Assembly (NCBI GenBank): GCA_020848075.1
Contig: JADLAV010000031.1
Coordinates: 7,026 to 71,025 of the forward strand
Reading direction: 5' to 3'
Origin: Burkholderiales bacterium
Lineage (GTDB): Bacteria > Pseudomonadota > Gammaproteobacteria > Burkholderiales > SG8-39
DNA length: 64,000 nucleotides
The notes below the pieces were generated by a model, which saw only the letters and a program-made list of their open reading frames with translations, was not told the DNA's origin and did no database searches. This document shows, one piece after another, positions 41,966 to 52,376 of the stretch (the first letter of the stretch is position 1; each line of letters opens with the position of its first letter). Made by a program: the position numbers and the translations under genes.

Positions 41966-44266
41966 TCATAGCCGTTCCCCAGGCTTGCGCACCCAGAACT
42001 GGTACATGCGCACGGACACAGCCGGGTTCTCCGCTTCGAATCGGCCCCAGTTCTCGAGCGAGATCGCCGCGGGGTCGCCGGGAAAGCGCGCGCGATAGGC
42101 CCGAGCGACCTCCGGGTCCTCGAGCTCGAAGCCGAGAAACTCGAGACCGAGCTCGCCGATCGCCGCCGCGAGTTGCTCGGTACCGAAGCGGTGCTCCTCG
42201 ACGTGCATGACGAGATCACGCATGCCGGAAGCCGACCAGAAGTCCGCGGAAAGCGTGGCCGCGCGCGCCGCGCTGCCCTCCGGCTGATCGAGGATCAGCT
42301 GGCGCGCCTTCCGGATTCCATCGAGGTCCGACCCAACTCCTTCCCGGGCGACGAGCTCCCGGGCCGCCACGACGCCGCGCCGCGCGATCTCGCTGTAGAG
42401 GCCGATCTTCATGACACCCCCTGGCACGAGCAACGCCGTCAGCACACGCCATCCGGCGATCGGATCGCGCAGGTGGTGCAGGACCCCGCTGCACTCGATC
42501 CAGTCGAAGCGCTCCGCGAGCGCGTCGAGCGCGAGAATGTCAGCCTGCGCGAAGCGTACGTTCCGGAGTCCGAGCTTCCGGCACCGGCGCATTGCGTAAG
42601 CGAGGCTCGTTCGGCTGAGATCGATCGCCAGGATCCGGCCCGCCGGATTGCGCGCAGCGGTCACGGCGGCCTGATAGCCGGTGCCGCATCCGGCCACGAG
42701 GACCGCCGGCGACTCGGGCGCGCGCAGGCGCGTCGCATCGACTTGGGGAAATAGGGTGCGCAGCGCCCGGGCAAGCGGATACGCAGCCGCGAGCGTCTGC
42801 GGCAGGCGGTGCCAGCGTGGATAGGGATTGCGCTCGTACTGCTCCTGCACCGCGCGCGATATCCGATCCGCGATCGGCGTGAGCGCGGGGATCTCGGCCC
42901 GCAGCCGCGCTTCCTCCGCCGGCTCCTCGACCTGCCGCCGCCACAGTCGCCCGAACGCGTCGCTCGACGTGTCGGGGCGGGCGAGCCCCGCGATCCGGGC
43001 AATGGGCCGATAGGCCGCGACGAGCGCGAGCACGGTGGGAGAAAGGACGTTGCCGGCAGGCGCGGCGATGCCCTCGACATCCGCCGCCTCGTCCGGGCGC
43101 TCGGGCCACACGTATTCGTTCAGGAAGCACTGCTGCGCGAGCGCGCACAGCAACTCGAGCACGCGTGCTGACTCCCCGAGCATTCCGGCGCTCCAGGCAC
43201 GAAGCGCACTGCGTCGCAGGGAGCGGAGAAAAATCTCGAACAGCGGGTCCGGGACGAGCGCATCCTCGATGAGCGCGAGCAGGATCGGGTGCGCGAGCGC
43301 CCCGATCCGGTCGTCGCTGAACCACTCTCCCGCGCGCACGTCCCCCTCGACGATCGCGCGGAACGCCGGTCCGAACCCGGGATCGAGCATGAGCAGACGG
43401 GCGGCCGAATGCGCGAGCGCGCCCGCATCCACCGCCGGGTTGCGCAGGATGCGGGCGACATCATCGGCGGCACGCGCGTCCCAGGTCGCGTACTCCGCAT
43501 GTGCCAACGCGTCGGCCAGCGCTTGCCACGCCGGGGCGAAGCCGGGCCCGCTGTGGGCCGCGGCGCGCAGCGCGGCCAGCGCGCCCTCGTCGTCCCCCGA
43601 CTCGCGCAACGCCAGCGCGAGGTTGTACCAGGCGACCGCGTAGGCGGGCTCGATCTCGACTGCCTTGCGGTAGCTCGCAGTCGCGCTGCCGACATCTCCC
43701 GCGGCGTTCAGCGCCGACCCAAGATTGTTGTGCGCGGTCGCGTTGCGCGGCTCGCGCGCGATCGACCGCCGAAGCCATTCCAGGGCGGCTTCGATCTTTC
43801 CCTGCTCGAGGAGGCAGTACCCGAGGTTGCTCGCGACGAACGGATCGTCAGGGAGCCGCTCGAGCGCCGCGCGGTACGCGCCGGCCGCGGCGTCGAGCCG
43901 GCCAAGCCGTTGCCGCACCATCCCCAGGTAGTGATGGGACGCGGCGTTCTCGGGCTCGAGCCGGATCGCTTCCAGGAGCTCTCGCTCCGCCGCCTCTAGA
44001 TGACCGGCTTGCAGCAGCGACACCGCATAGTTGTGGCGAGGCTTCGCCTTCCCCGGCAGCAACTCGACCGAGCGTGCGAGCAAAGCGAGGCCATCTTGCG
44101 TGCGCCCGGTCTGCATCAGGCACAGCCCGAGGAAGTGAAGTGCGACGGGATGGTTCGCATCGCGCGCGAGCACCTCCCGGTAAGCACGTTCCGCTGCGTC
44201 CGGCCGGCCTGCCTGCAGCTCGGCGGAGGCCTGCGCGAGGAGCGGCTGGAAGTCTTCGCCAGACAC
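41966..44266 (-). CDS. TPR-repeat / class I SAM-dependent methyltransferase fusion protein
   Basis: 766 aa. The N-terminal ~250 aa are TPR repeats (..AERAYREVLARDANHPVALHFLGLCL.., ..AVAWYNLALALRESGD..). The C-terminal part has SAM motif I VLVAGCGTGYQA and ..CSGVLHHL.. The central ~200 aa are unassigned. Confidence 0.75.
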   Translation of the reverse strand: MSGEDFQPLLAQASAELQAGRPDAAERAYREVLARDANHPVALHFLGLCLMQTGRTQDGLALLARSVELLPGKAKPRHNYAVSLLQAGHLEAAERELLEAIRLEPENAASHHYLGMVRQRLGRLDAAAGAYRAALERLPDDPFVASNLGYCLLEQGKIEAALEWLRRSIAREPRNATAHNNLGSALNAAGDVGSATASYRKAVEIEPAYAVAWYNLALALRESGDDEGALAALRAAAHSGPGFAPAWQALADALAHAEYATWDARAADDVARILRNPAVDAGALAHSAARLLMLDPGFGPAFRAIVEGDVRAGEWFSDDRIGALAHPILLALIEDALVPDPLFEIFLRSLRRSALRAWSAGMLGESARVLELLCALAQQCFLNEYVWPERPDEAADVEGIAAPAGNVLSPTVLALVAAYRPIARIAGLARPDTSSDAFGRLWRRQVEEPAEEARLRAEIPALTPIADRISRAVQEQYERNPYPRWHRLPQTLAAAYPLARALRTLFPQVDATRLRAPESPAVLVAGCGTGYQAAVTAARNPAGRILAIDLSRTSLAYAMRRCRKLGLRNVRFAQADILALDALAERFDWIECSGVLHHLRDPIAGWRVLTALLVPGGVMKIGLYSEIARRGVVAARELVAREGVGSDLDGIRKARQLILDQPEGSAARAATLSADFWSASGMRDLVMHVEEHRFGTEQLAAAIGELGLEFLGFELEDPEVARAYRARFPGDPAAISLENWGRFEAENPAVSVRMYQFWVRKPGERL

Positions 44267-44296
44267 GCGCTCAGCCCTCGCCCGTGAACCGGCGGA

Positions 44297-45520
44297 TCAG
44301 GCGTGCGGAGCGGATACGCGCCGCACGGCGGCAGTCTGCCCGAGGAGCAGAACGGTGGGGACGGAAAGCACCATGAACGCGGCGCCGGAGACGAAAACCA
44401 TGTGCGGTGCGCCGCGGTCGAGCAGCGAGCCGAGCGCGAGGGGCGCGGCTAGAAAGGCGAGATCCAGTCCCGAGTACACGAAACCGTAGACCTTTCCCCG
44501 CGCGCCCGGCGGCGTGAGCTCGCGCACGAGGATGTCGCGCGCGGGGGCGACCGAGCCCGCGGCGAAGCCCGCAAGCGCGGCGACCGGCATCACGAGTGGC
44601 AGCGGCAGCGCGAGCGTGCCCACCCCGAGCGTTGCCGCGGCGCTGCCCAGCATGCCGAGCGACGCGATGGTGCGCTGGCGATCCGTGCGCACGGCCGCGA
44701 CGCCACCGAACGCGACACCGATGGCGCTCCCGATCAGGAAGGCCGTCAACGCGCTCGAGGCGAGCACGAGGTCCACCGAGTACATCTGTGTGAGCGCCGT
44801 GGTGGAGAACGTCTGCCAGGCCGACTGCGCCATCGAGAATAGGAGAAAGAACGCAAAGCACAGCACCACTGGGGTCGATAGCAGGAGCCGGACGTCGCCG
44901 CGGAGCCCCGACGCCCCCTCGGCGGGGCGATGGGTCAGTCGGGTTCCGGCGGCAAGGACGTGCTGCGTCGCGATGAACGCCACGACTACGGCGCCGACGA
45001 GGCCCGCCGCGACGACGGCGCCGCGCCAGCCCCAGACGTGGGCAATCCCGACCGACATCAGCGGCGCGATCGCGTAGCCGAGATACCCGGCGATGCCGTG
45101 CGCACTGAAGGCATAGCCGAGCCGGCGCGGCGCGACCTTGGCATTGAGGAGCGCCAGGTCGGCCGGATGAAACACGCTGTTGCCGAGCCCGGCGATCACC
45201 ATGGCGCCATACAGCCATTCGAAAGAGGGCGCGAGACCCGCGAGCGCGATGCCGAGCGCCGCGAGCACGAGGCCGCCGATCAGCATCGGTCGTGCCCCGT
45301 AGCGATCCACCGCGAATCCGGCGACGGTCTGCATGACGCCGGAGACGGCGAAATACACTGCCATGACCGAACCGAGCGCAACGTAGCTCACGCCGAACTC
45401 CGCCTTCAGCAGCGGAAACAGCGGTGGGATCGTGAGCTGAAAGAAGTGCGAGACACCGTGGGCGACGGCCACCAGGCTGATCACCCGGACGTCGGTGCGG
45501 AGCGATGACGCAGCGGTCAC
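44297..45520 (-). CDS. MFS transporter
   Basis: 407-aa polytopic hydrophobic protein with the MFS loop motif (..DRYGARPML..) between TM2 and TM3. Confidence 0.8.
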   Translation of the reverse strand: MTAASSLRTDVRVISLVAVAHGVSHFFQLTIPPLFPLLKAEFGVSYVALGSVMAVYFAVSGVMQTVAGFAVDRYGARPMLIGGLVLAALGIALAGLAPSFEWLYGAMVIAGLGNSVFHPADLALLNAKVAPRRLGYAFSAHGIAGYLGYAIAPLMSVGIAHVWGWRGAVVAAGLVGAVVVAFIATQHVLAAGTRLTHRPAEGASGLRGDVRLLLSTPVVLCFAFFLLFSMAQSAWQTFSTTALTQMYSVDLVLASSALTAFLIGSAIGVAFGGVAAVRTDRQRTIASLGMLGSAAATLGVGTLALPLPLVMPVAALAGFAAGSVAPARDILVRELTPPGARGKVYGFVYSGLDLAFLAAPLALGSLLDRGAPHMVFVSGAAFMVLSVPTVLLLGQTAAVRRVSAPHA

Positions 45521-45743
45521 CGCAAGGCCGCGGAGGCGTTGCCTGCGCGCTCGAATTGAGGTATTGGTCGCGGCACGAGCGAATTATAGCGGACCGTGCC
45601 GCTCGCGTCGGCAGGACGTCCGCCTCGCGCGACGGACGCCACACCCTGCACCGCTTGTCGAGCCGCACGGGGGATCTTGAGCTTGCGCACCGTGAGCGAC
45701 GATAATCGCCAGCGTCGAACACGCCCGCCGAGGAGCATCCCCG

Positions 45744-47774
45744 TTGCAGCCCGACCCGCCCGCGCTTCCGTTTCCACGACTCTTCGCGCCGCTCGATCTC
45801 GGCTTCATCCGGCTCCCGAACCGCCTCGTCATGGGCTCGATGCACACCCGCCTCGAGAGCGAAGCCGACGGCGCGCGCAGGCTCGCGGCGTTTTACGCCG
45901 AGCGTGCACGGGGCGGCGCCGGCCTCATCATCACCGGCGGCGTGGCGCCCAATCGCGACGGCCTGCTGGAGGACGATGCAGACGTGCTCGACGATTCCGC
46001 GCGCGGCGCGTTCCACCGGACGGTGACCGACGCGGTGCACGCCGAAGGCGGTCGCATCTGCCTGCAGATCCTGCACGCGGGCCGCTATGCGCGCATCGCG
46101 GCGCCGGTCGGCGCCTCGGACATTCCTTCCCCGATCAATCGCCGCGCGATCCGGGCGCTCGCCGACGGCGAGGTCGCGCAGACCGTCGAGGACTTCGCGC
46201 GCTGCGCGGAGCTCGCGCGGGCAGCCGGCTACGACGGCGTGGAGATCATGGGCTCGGAGGGCTATCTCGTCACGCAGTTCACCTGCCCGCGGACCAACAA
46301 CCGTGCCGATCGCTGGGGCGGATCCCTCGAGAACCGGCTGCGATTTCCGCTCGAGATCGTCCGGCGCACCCGTGCCCGGGCCGGTCGCGACTTCCTGCTC
46401 GTGTTCAGGATCTCCGCGCTGGATCTCGTCGACGACGGCGCGACCGCCGCGGACACCACGGTGCTCGCGCGCGCGCTCGCCGAAGCGGGCGTGGACATCC
46501 TCGACACCGGGATCGGCTGGCACGAGGCGCGCGTGCCGACCATCGCCTACGGCGTGCCGCGCGCCGCGTGGGCCTTCGCTGCGAAGCGGATCAAGGACGC
46601 GGTGGACATCCCGGTCATCGCGACCAACCGCATCAATACGCCCGAGCGCGCCGAGGCGCTGATCGCCTCCGGTGTCGCCGATCTCGTCTCGCTCGCCCGG
46701 CCGTTCCTCGCCGACGCCGCCTTCCCCGCCAAGGCCCGCACGGGCCGCAGTGCGGCGATCAACACCTGTATCGCCTGCAACCAGGCCTGTCTCGATTACC
46801 TCTTCTCGAACCGGACCGTGACGTGCCTCGTGAATCCGCGCGCGTGCCGGGAAACGGAGCTTCCGACCGGGCCCGCCGCGCGGTCGAAGCGGGTCGCGGT
46901 GGTGGGCGCCGGCGCCGCGGGTCTCGCCTGCGCCGTGACCGCGGCCGAGCGCGGCCATCGTGTCACGCTTTTCGAGGCCGCGCACCGCATCGGCGGGCAA
47001 CTCAATCTCGCCAGCGTTATCCCGGGAAAGGAGTTCGCGGAGACGCTGCGCTACTTCGAGACGCGCATCGCGGAGACGGCTGTGGAGCTCCGCCTCGGAT
47101 CGCCTGCCGATGCAACCGCCCTGGCCGCCGCCGGATTCGACGAGGTGGTCATCGCCACCGGCGTGCGACCGCGCGTACCTGAGCTGCGCGGAGTCGATCA
47201 TCCCAAGGTTGCCCGCTATGACGAGATTCTGTCCGGGACCCGTGTGGCCGGTGCGAGCGTGGCGATTATCGGCGCGGGCGGCATCGGCTTCGACGTGGCG
47301 GCGTACCTCAGCGCCCCCGCGGCTGCCGCGGAGACGGCACATTTCCTCGCGGCTTGGGGCGTGGATACGAGCGGCGCCTCGCGGGGCGGACTTGCACCGC
47401 CCACGCCGGAGCAGACCGAGCGCCGCATCACCATGTTCCAGCGCAAGAGCACGCCTCCGGGCCGCACGCTCGGCGTGACGACGGGCTGGGCGCTGAAGGC
47501 GGAGCTCGCGCGGCGCGGCGTACGCATCCTCGCGGGGGTGCAATACCAGCGCATCGACGATGCCGGGCTGCATTACACGCACGAAGGCGAGGTCCACGTA
47601 CTCCCGTGCGACACGGTGGTCCTCTGCGCCGGACAGCTCGCGGCGCGCGAGCTCTACGACGAGCTCTGCGCGCTCGGCGTGCGCCCGCATCTCATCGGCG
47701 GCGCGGACCGTGCGGAGGAGCTCGATGCGCTCCGCGCGTTCGACCAGGGCACACGGCTCGCGCACGCATTCTGA
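45744..47774 (+). CDS. fadH: NADPH-dependent 2,4-dienoyl-CoA reductase
   Basis: 676 aa. N-terminal OYE/FMN TIM-barrel (LPNRLVMGSMH, ..RWGGSLENRLRF..), a 4Fe-4S Cys cluster (CIACNQACLD..C), and a C-terminal FAD/NADPH domain (VAVVGAGAAGLA, VAIIGAGGIG). TTG start. Confidence 0.88.
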   Translation: MQPDPPALPFPRLFAPLDLGFIRLPNRLVMGSMHTRLESEADGARRLAAFYAERARGGAGLIITGGVAPNRDGLLEDDADVLDDSARGAFHRTVTDAVHAEGGRICLQILHAGRYARIAAPVGASDIPSPINRRAIRALADGEVAQTVEDFARCAELARAAGYDGVEIMGSEGYLVTQFTCPRTNNRADRWGGSLENRLRFPLEIVRRTRARAGRDFLLVFRISALDLVDDGATAADTTVLARALAEAGVDILDTGIGWHEARVPTIAYGVPRAAWAFAAKRIKDAVDIPVIATNRINTPERAEALIASGVADLVSLARPFLADAAFPAKARTGRSAAINTCIACNQACLDYLFSNRTVTCLVNPRACRETELPTGPAARSKRVAVVGAGAAGLACAVTAAERGHRVTLFEAAHRIGGQLNLASVIPGKEFAETLRYFETRIAETAVELRLGSPADATALAAAGFDEVVIATGVRPRVPELRGVDHPKVARYDEILSGTRVAGASVAIIGAGGIGFDVAAYLSAPAAAAETAHFLAAWGVDTSGASRGGLAPPTPEQTERRITMFQRKSTPPGRTLGVTTGWALKAELARRGVRILAGVQYQRIDDAGLHYTHEGEVHVLPCDTVVLCAGQLAARELYDELCALGVRPHLIGGADRAEELDALRAFDQGTRLAHAF

Positions 47775-47898
47775 GGAAGCGCTCGCCGTCGCGCTCCGCT
47801 CGACGCGCGAGCGCCCGCCTGCTGTCTGGATCGCGCGCGCTACCGGGCGCGGCCGTTTCGTCCAGGCCGATGGCTTGGACCGCGCAACCTTCCCGCCG

Positions 47899-48693
47899 TC
47901 AAGCCTCCGCGGCCTGGATCGCTCCGGGCGCGACGGCGCGGATGAAGCGGACCATCGCCGCTAGGGTCGCCTCCGCCTGATCGCGGTGCGGTGAATGCCC
48001 GCAAGCATCGAGCGTCACCCGCTCGACCCTGCCCTTCACCTGCCGCCGGATGGCATCGAGCTGACGCAGCGTGCCGTACTCGTCATCGCGCCCCTGGATC
48101 AAGAGCGTCGGGCACGCGATCGACGGCAGGTACGCCTCGATGTTCCACGCGAGGAAGTCGGGGTGCAGCCAGATGTCGTTCCAGCCGAAGAACGTCCGCG
48201 CCGGGTCGGCGTGGTGGCGCGCGAGCTTCCGCGGGAGGTCGGTGGTCTCGAACGCGGTCCTCGCCGCCGCGATGCTCTTCACCGAGATCTCCTCGACGAA
48301 GACGTGCGGCGCCTCGAGCACGAGGCCCCGCATGCCCGGGTGCGCCGCGGCATAGATGATCGCAATCGACGCGCCGTCGCTGTGACCCACGAGCAGCGGA
48401 TCCACGATGCCGAGCTTGTCGATGAGTTCGGGCAGCGCGTCGCGCGCCTCCCGATACATGTAGTCCACCTGGTGCGCGGACTGCAGCACGTCGGAGCGGC
48501 CATAGCCGTAGCGCGAGTAAACCACGGCGCCACAGCCGGTCGCGCGCGCCACCTGGTCCGGAAAGTCGCGCCACAGCGACACCGAGCCGAGGCCTTCGTG
48601 CAGGAAGACGAGGACCGGCGTGTCGGGACGCTCGGCAGCGATGCGCCGGTATTCGATCTTGCGACCCTGGATGGTGACGAACGAGGACTGCAC
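47899..48693 (-). CDS. Alpha/beta-fold hydrolase
   Basis: HEGLGS oxyanion region, nucleophile elbow VGHSDGA, C-terminal ..CGHSPH.. His. 264 aa. Confidence 0.8.
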   Translation of the reverse strand: MQSSFVTIQGRKIEYRRIAAERPDTPVLVFLHEGLGSVSLWRDFPDQVARATGCGAVVYSRYGYGRSDVLQSAHQVDYMYREARDALPELIDKLGIVDPLLVGHSDGASIAIIYAAAHPGMRGLVLEAPHVFVEEISVKSIAAARTAFETTDLPRKLARHHADPARTFFGWNDIWLHPDFLAWNIEAYLPSIACPTLLIQGRDDEYGTLRQLDAIRRQVKGRVERVTLDACGHSPHRDQAEATLAAMVRFIRAVAPGAIQAAEA

Positions 48694-48745
48694 GGGGATC
48701 GGGGCTCTGCGCGCGCCCCGGCGGGGGCGCGTCAGTGTATCCGAT

Positions 48746-49837
48746 TCAGAGCTTGAGCGGCCGCCAGTAGCCCGTCAGTTCGAGGTAACCGCGCCCGAGC
48801 GTGCGCCCGCCGCCGGTCGCGCGCACTGCCCCTTCCCAATACACCGTGCCCACGGTCGCGCGCGAATCGAGCTCTTGGTCATCCATCAGCGACTCGAGAC
48901 GGAGCTCGATATCGCCCGCGCGCACGCCCATGGCGACCGGGTAGTCGGCATCGGTGCGCGGTGAGCGCCAACTGCGGAGCGGCGTAAAGGCGATCTCATG
49001 CGGTGCGAACGTGCGCACGGTGCCGTCGCCCCGGCGCAGGGTTCCACCCGCCCAGAGCGTGCCGCCGTGCCGGTCGCGAATCCGGAAAGCCATCAGGGCG
49101 CCGCCGTCGGCGAGATTGATCCCGGCCCAGTCCCAGCCCTCCGCCTCCGGCGAGAGGTACTCGCTCGACCACTCGCGATCCAGCCACGCTTCGCCTTCGA
49201 CCGCGATCGGCGCGCCGTCGATGGTCACGGTGCCCGAGACCGCGAGATGCGGGCGGCTGTAGTAGTAGCTCGCTTGTGCCGGTGCCGGGCCCTTGCGGCT
49301 ATAACCGCCCGCGCCCTGGAGCAAGGGGGGCTGCGTGACGCGGAACGCGAGATCGAGCGTGAACCCCTGCGCCGGAATGCGCGCGGCATATCCGCGATCG
49401 GTCGCCCGCAGCGACCAATCGCCGATCGCGATGTCGGTCAGCCCTTCGGCTGCACCGGCGAGCCCGAAGCCGGCCCGCGCGGCGCGCTGATCGTGCCGCA
49501 GCCGGCCATGCAGCGCGTCGGCGACCGCCGCGTGCGCGAAGAGGAGCTGGCGCGGCGCAAACGCGCTCGGATTGGCCTCGGCCACGCCCGGCCGGTTGCG
49601 GAAGAAGGTCACCTGGACGCCGAGCTCGCGGCCCGACCGATCGCGCGCCCACCCGGTGATGTACCACCACTCCGTGCGATACGCCGGATGGGCCCCGTCG
49701 TCGCGCGGGAACACGAGCGCAACGCCCGGTCTGACCTCCGCATACTCGGGCGCGGCAACCGCAGCGCAGGACGCGAGTATTGCAAGAACGCCCACGATCC
49801 CGGCTGCGAACGAGCGACCGATGCTCTCCTCCGTCAC
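48746..49837 (-). CDS. Secreted lipocalin-like / CrtC (carotenoid 1,2-hydratase)-like AttH-family protein
   Basis: Signal peptide, then ..FPRDDGAHPAYRTEWWYITGW.. and C-terminal ..VYWEGAVRATG..GRGYLELTGY.., the hallmark ends of AttH/CrtC-like proteins. It lies 10 nt downstream of the FtsX permease. Confidence 0.75.
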   Translation of the reverse strand: MTEESIGRSFAAGIVGVLAILASCAAVAAPEYAEVRPGVALVFPRDDGAHPAYRTEWWYITGWARDRSGRELGVQVTFFRNRPGVAEANPSAFAPRQLLFAHAAVADALHGRLRHDQRAARAGFGLAGAAEGLTDIAIGDWSLRATDRGYAARIPAQGFTLDLAFRVTQPPLLQGAGGYSRKGPAPAQASYYYSRPHLAVSGTVTIDGAPIAVEGEAWLDREWSSEYLSPEAEGWDWAGINLADGGALMAFRIRDRHGGTLWAGGTLRRGDGTVRTFAPHEIAFTPLRSWRSPRTDADYPVAMGVRAGDIELRLESLMDDQELDSRATVGTVYWEGAVRATGGGRTLGRGYLELTGYWRPLKL

Positions 49838-49847
49838 CTCTCGCTCC

Positions 49848-52370
49848 TCACCAGTCTTCCTTGACCGCGCGCAAGACGCCGGCGCCCATGGCCTGACGCC
49901 CGCTCACCAGCGCCGTGAGGCTCGCGAGCGCAAGCATCGTCGCGGTGAACGCGGCGAGCGATGTCCAGGGCACGTGCAGGTCCATGCTCCAGTGGAACGA
50001 TTGCCGGTTGACGACGTGGATCAGAATCAGGCTGATGACCCAGCCGAGCGCGGTGCCCACGGCCAGACCGAGCGCACTCACGATCGCACCCTCGGTGGCG
50101 AGCATGGCGCCCACCTGGGTACGCGTCAGGCCGAGATGCCGGAGCACGCCGAACTCGCGCCGGCGCGCGAGCACCAGCGCGCCGAAGCTCGACGAGAGGC
50201 TCATCAGCCCGATCGCCAGGGCCGCGGCCTCCAGCGCGTAGGTCACCGCGAACGTGCGATCGAAGATCTTGAGCGAGCGCCGCCGGATCTCCGACGGCAG
50301 CGCGGTCTCGAGCTCGGCGGCGCCGGGGATCCGCGCCCGCAGCGCGCGGATAACCGCGTCCGGCGATGCGTGAGGCTCGAGGTAGATCGCCGCGTCGTTC
50401 GCATCGCGGTCGCCGGTGAGTTCCGCGTAGAGCGCGCGCTCGATCACGACCGCCCCCTGCTGGCGGGCATAATCGCGCCACACGCCGGCCACGCGAAAGC
50501 GCACGCGCCGGCCCGCGATCGGAAGCACGATCTCCTGTCCGACGGCGAGGCCGTAGACATCGGCCGCGATCTCGCTCACCCACGCGGGCGGCGCCCCGCC
50601 CGCCGGGAGGTCCGCGCTTCGCACGAGCGGCAGCCGGAGCGGCGCGGTGGTCGCGTCGATCGCGCGCGCGAGCAGCACGATCTGCGGTCGCTCCGGATCG
50701 AGCAGCAGCCGTTCGCTGCGCAGGAACTCGACCCGCCGCACGCCCGGCAGCGCCGCGATCGCCTGCTGGACATCGGGCGGCAGGAAGGCGGTATCGCCGG
50801 TGCGCCCGGCGCGGACGTAGAGATCGGCCGGGAGCACGTGCTCCAGCCACGCGTCGAGCGACTGGCGAAACGACGCAACCATGATCGCCATCGAGACGAG
50901 GAGGCTCACGCTCGCGACGATGGCGGCCAGGCTCACGGTCGCCTGCCCGGGCGCGCCGCGGAGCTGGAGGACGGCGAGGCGCGCGGGCGGGTTGCGGCCG
51001 ACGGGCATCCGGCGAAACGCCGCGCGCGCGATGTGCGCGATGAGCAGGATCGTGCCCACCAGCAGACACGCGATCGCGACGTAGCCGAAGATGGGGAGCC
51101 CCCTCACCGGCGGGGCCGCAGTGAGGAGAGCGCCGAGCGCGATGAACCCGATTCCGGGCGCGGTCGGCGCGAGCCGGCCGAACGCGCGCTCCTCGTCGCC
51201 TGCTCTGAGGGCTTGGGCGGGCTCCGTGCGTGCCGCCTCGCTCGCCGCGGCGAGGCTCCCGAAGAGAGCGGTCGCGACGCCGAGCGCGAAGAAGAGCGCC
51301 GCGGGCGCCGCCTCGAACGTTGCCCGCGCCGCCAGACCGCGGAAAAAACCCGAGCCCAGATCGGGCCCGACGATCTCGAGCACGAGCTGCGCGAGGCCGT
51401 AACCGCCGAGCAGGCCGGCGAGCGCACCGATGGCGCCGATCGCGGACGCCTCCACCAGCAGCAGCCCGACCAGGCCGCCGCGCGTCACTCCGAGCACGCG
51501 CAGCAACGCGAGGTACGGCCGGCGGCGCACGACCGTCAATGCCTGCGTCGAGAAGACGAGCAGCCCGCCCGTGAAGAGCGCGACGAGCGCCAGCACGTTC
51601 AGGTTCACGCGGTAGGCCCGCGAGAGGCGCAGTGTCGATTCGATGGCCGCGGCGGGCCGCTCGACCGCCACACCCGGCGGCAGCATCGCAGCGACGCGGC
51701 GCTCGAGCGCGGCGACGTCCGCGCCGGGACGCGCGCGCACCTCGATCCGGGTCAGCCGGCCGATCCGGGCGAGCCGCCACTGTGCCCCGGCGATGTCCAT
51801 GACCGCGAGCGGCTGCGCATGGCCCTCGGCAGGAACGCTTCCAGCGACCCGCAGCCGGATGACTTGCGTGCCGACTTGCATGGGCACGAGGTCGCCGGTG
51901 CGGGCCCCGAGCCAGTCCATGGCCGCAGCGTTCAGGAAGATCGTGTCGTCGCGCAAGGTGTCGAGCGACTCGGCTGCCTCCGGAACGAGCCCGGGCTGGA
52001 TGAGGCCCGCCCGGAACACGTCGAGCCCGAGCACCCGGAGCGCGTCGTCGCGGCCGGGGATGCGCGCCTCGACTTCGACGATCGGGCTCGCGGCCGCGAC
52101 TTCGGGGAGGCGCGCGATCTCGCCGAAGAGATGCTCGTCGAAGCCGCCGCGCGGCCCGCGCATCGCGAGGTCGGCCGTACCGGACAACGTCTGCACCGCC
52201 TGCCCGAACTCGTTCACCGCCACGCGGTTCACCAGCTGCACGGCGTAACCGAGCGCGACGCCGAGAGCGATGGCGACGATGGTGACAAGCACGCGTCCCT
52301 TGTGGCCGGCGAGCGCGCCCGCGGTCGCACGCAACGTCCCCCGCAGGCGTGGCGCCGGGACGTGGGCCAT
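49848..52370 (-). CDS. ABC transporter permease, duplicated FtsX/MacB-type (two 4-TM modules)
   Basis: 840 aa. Two FtsX-like blocks, each preceded by a large soluble loop. Downstream of a LolD/MacB-like ATPase. Confidence 0.8.
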   Translation of the reverse strand: MAHVPAPRLRGTLRATAGALAGHKGRVLVTIVAIALGVALGYAVQLVNRVAVNEFGQAVQTLSGTADLAMRGPRGGFDEHLFGEIARLPEVAAASPIVEVEARIPGRDDALRVLGLDVFRAGLIQPGLVPEAAESLDTLRDDTIFLNAAAMDWLGARTGDLVPMQVGTQVIRLRVAGSVPAEGHAQPLAVMDIAGAQWRLARIGRLTRIEVRARPGADVAALERRVAAMLPPGVAVERPAAAIESTLRLSRAYRVNLNVLALVALFTGGLLVFSTQALTVVRRRPYLALLRVLGVTRGGLVGLLLVEASAIGAIGALAGLLGGYGLAQLVLEIVGPDLGSGFFRGLAARATFEAAPAALFFALGVATALFGSLAAASEAARTEPAQALRAGDEERAFGRLAPTAPGIGFIALGALLTAAPPVRGLPIFGYVAIACLLVGTILLIAHIARAAFRRMPVGRNPPARLAVLQLRGAPGQATVSLAAIVASVSLLVSMAIMVASFRQSLDAWLEHVLPADLYVRAGRTGDTAFLPPDVQQAIAALPGVRRVEFLRSERLLLDPERPQIVLLARAIDATTAPLRLPLVRSADLPAGGAPPAWVSEIAADVYGLAVGQEIVLPIAGRRVRFRVAGVWRDYARQQGAVVIERALYAELTGDRDANDAAIYLEPHASPDAVIRALRARIPGAAELETALPSEIRRRSLKIFDRTFAVTYALEAAALAIGLMSLSSSFGALVLARRREFGVLRHLGLTRTQVGAMLATEGAIVSALGLAVGTALGWVISLILIHVVNRQSFHWSMDLHVPWTSLAAFTATMLALASLTALVSGRQAMGAGVLRAVKEDW

Positions 52371-52376
52371 CGACGC

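Noticed and set aside
44271-47765. 1164-aa minus-strand ORF spanning the MFS gene region and antisense to fadH
   Set aside because: Low-complexity Arg/Gly/Ala-rich product. It crosses an intergenic promoter region and two well-supported genes, so it is a high-GC artefact.
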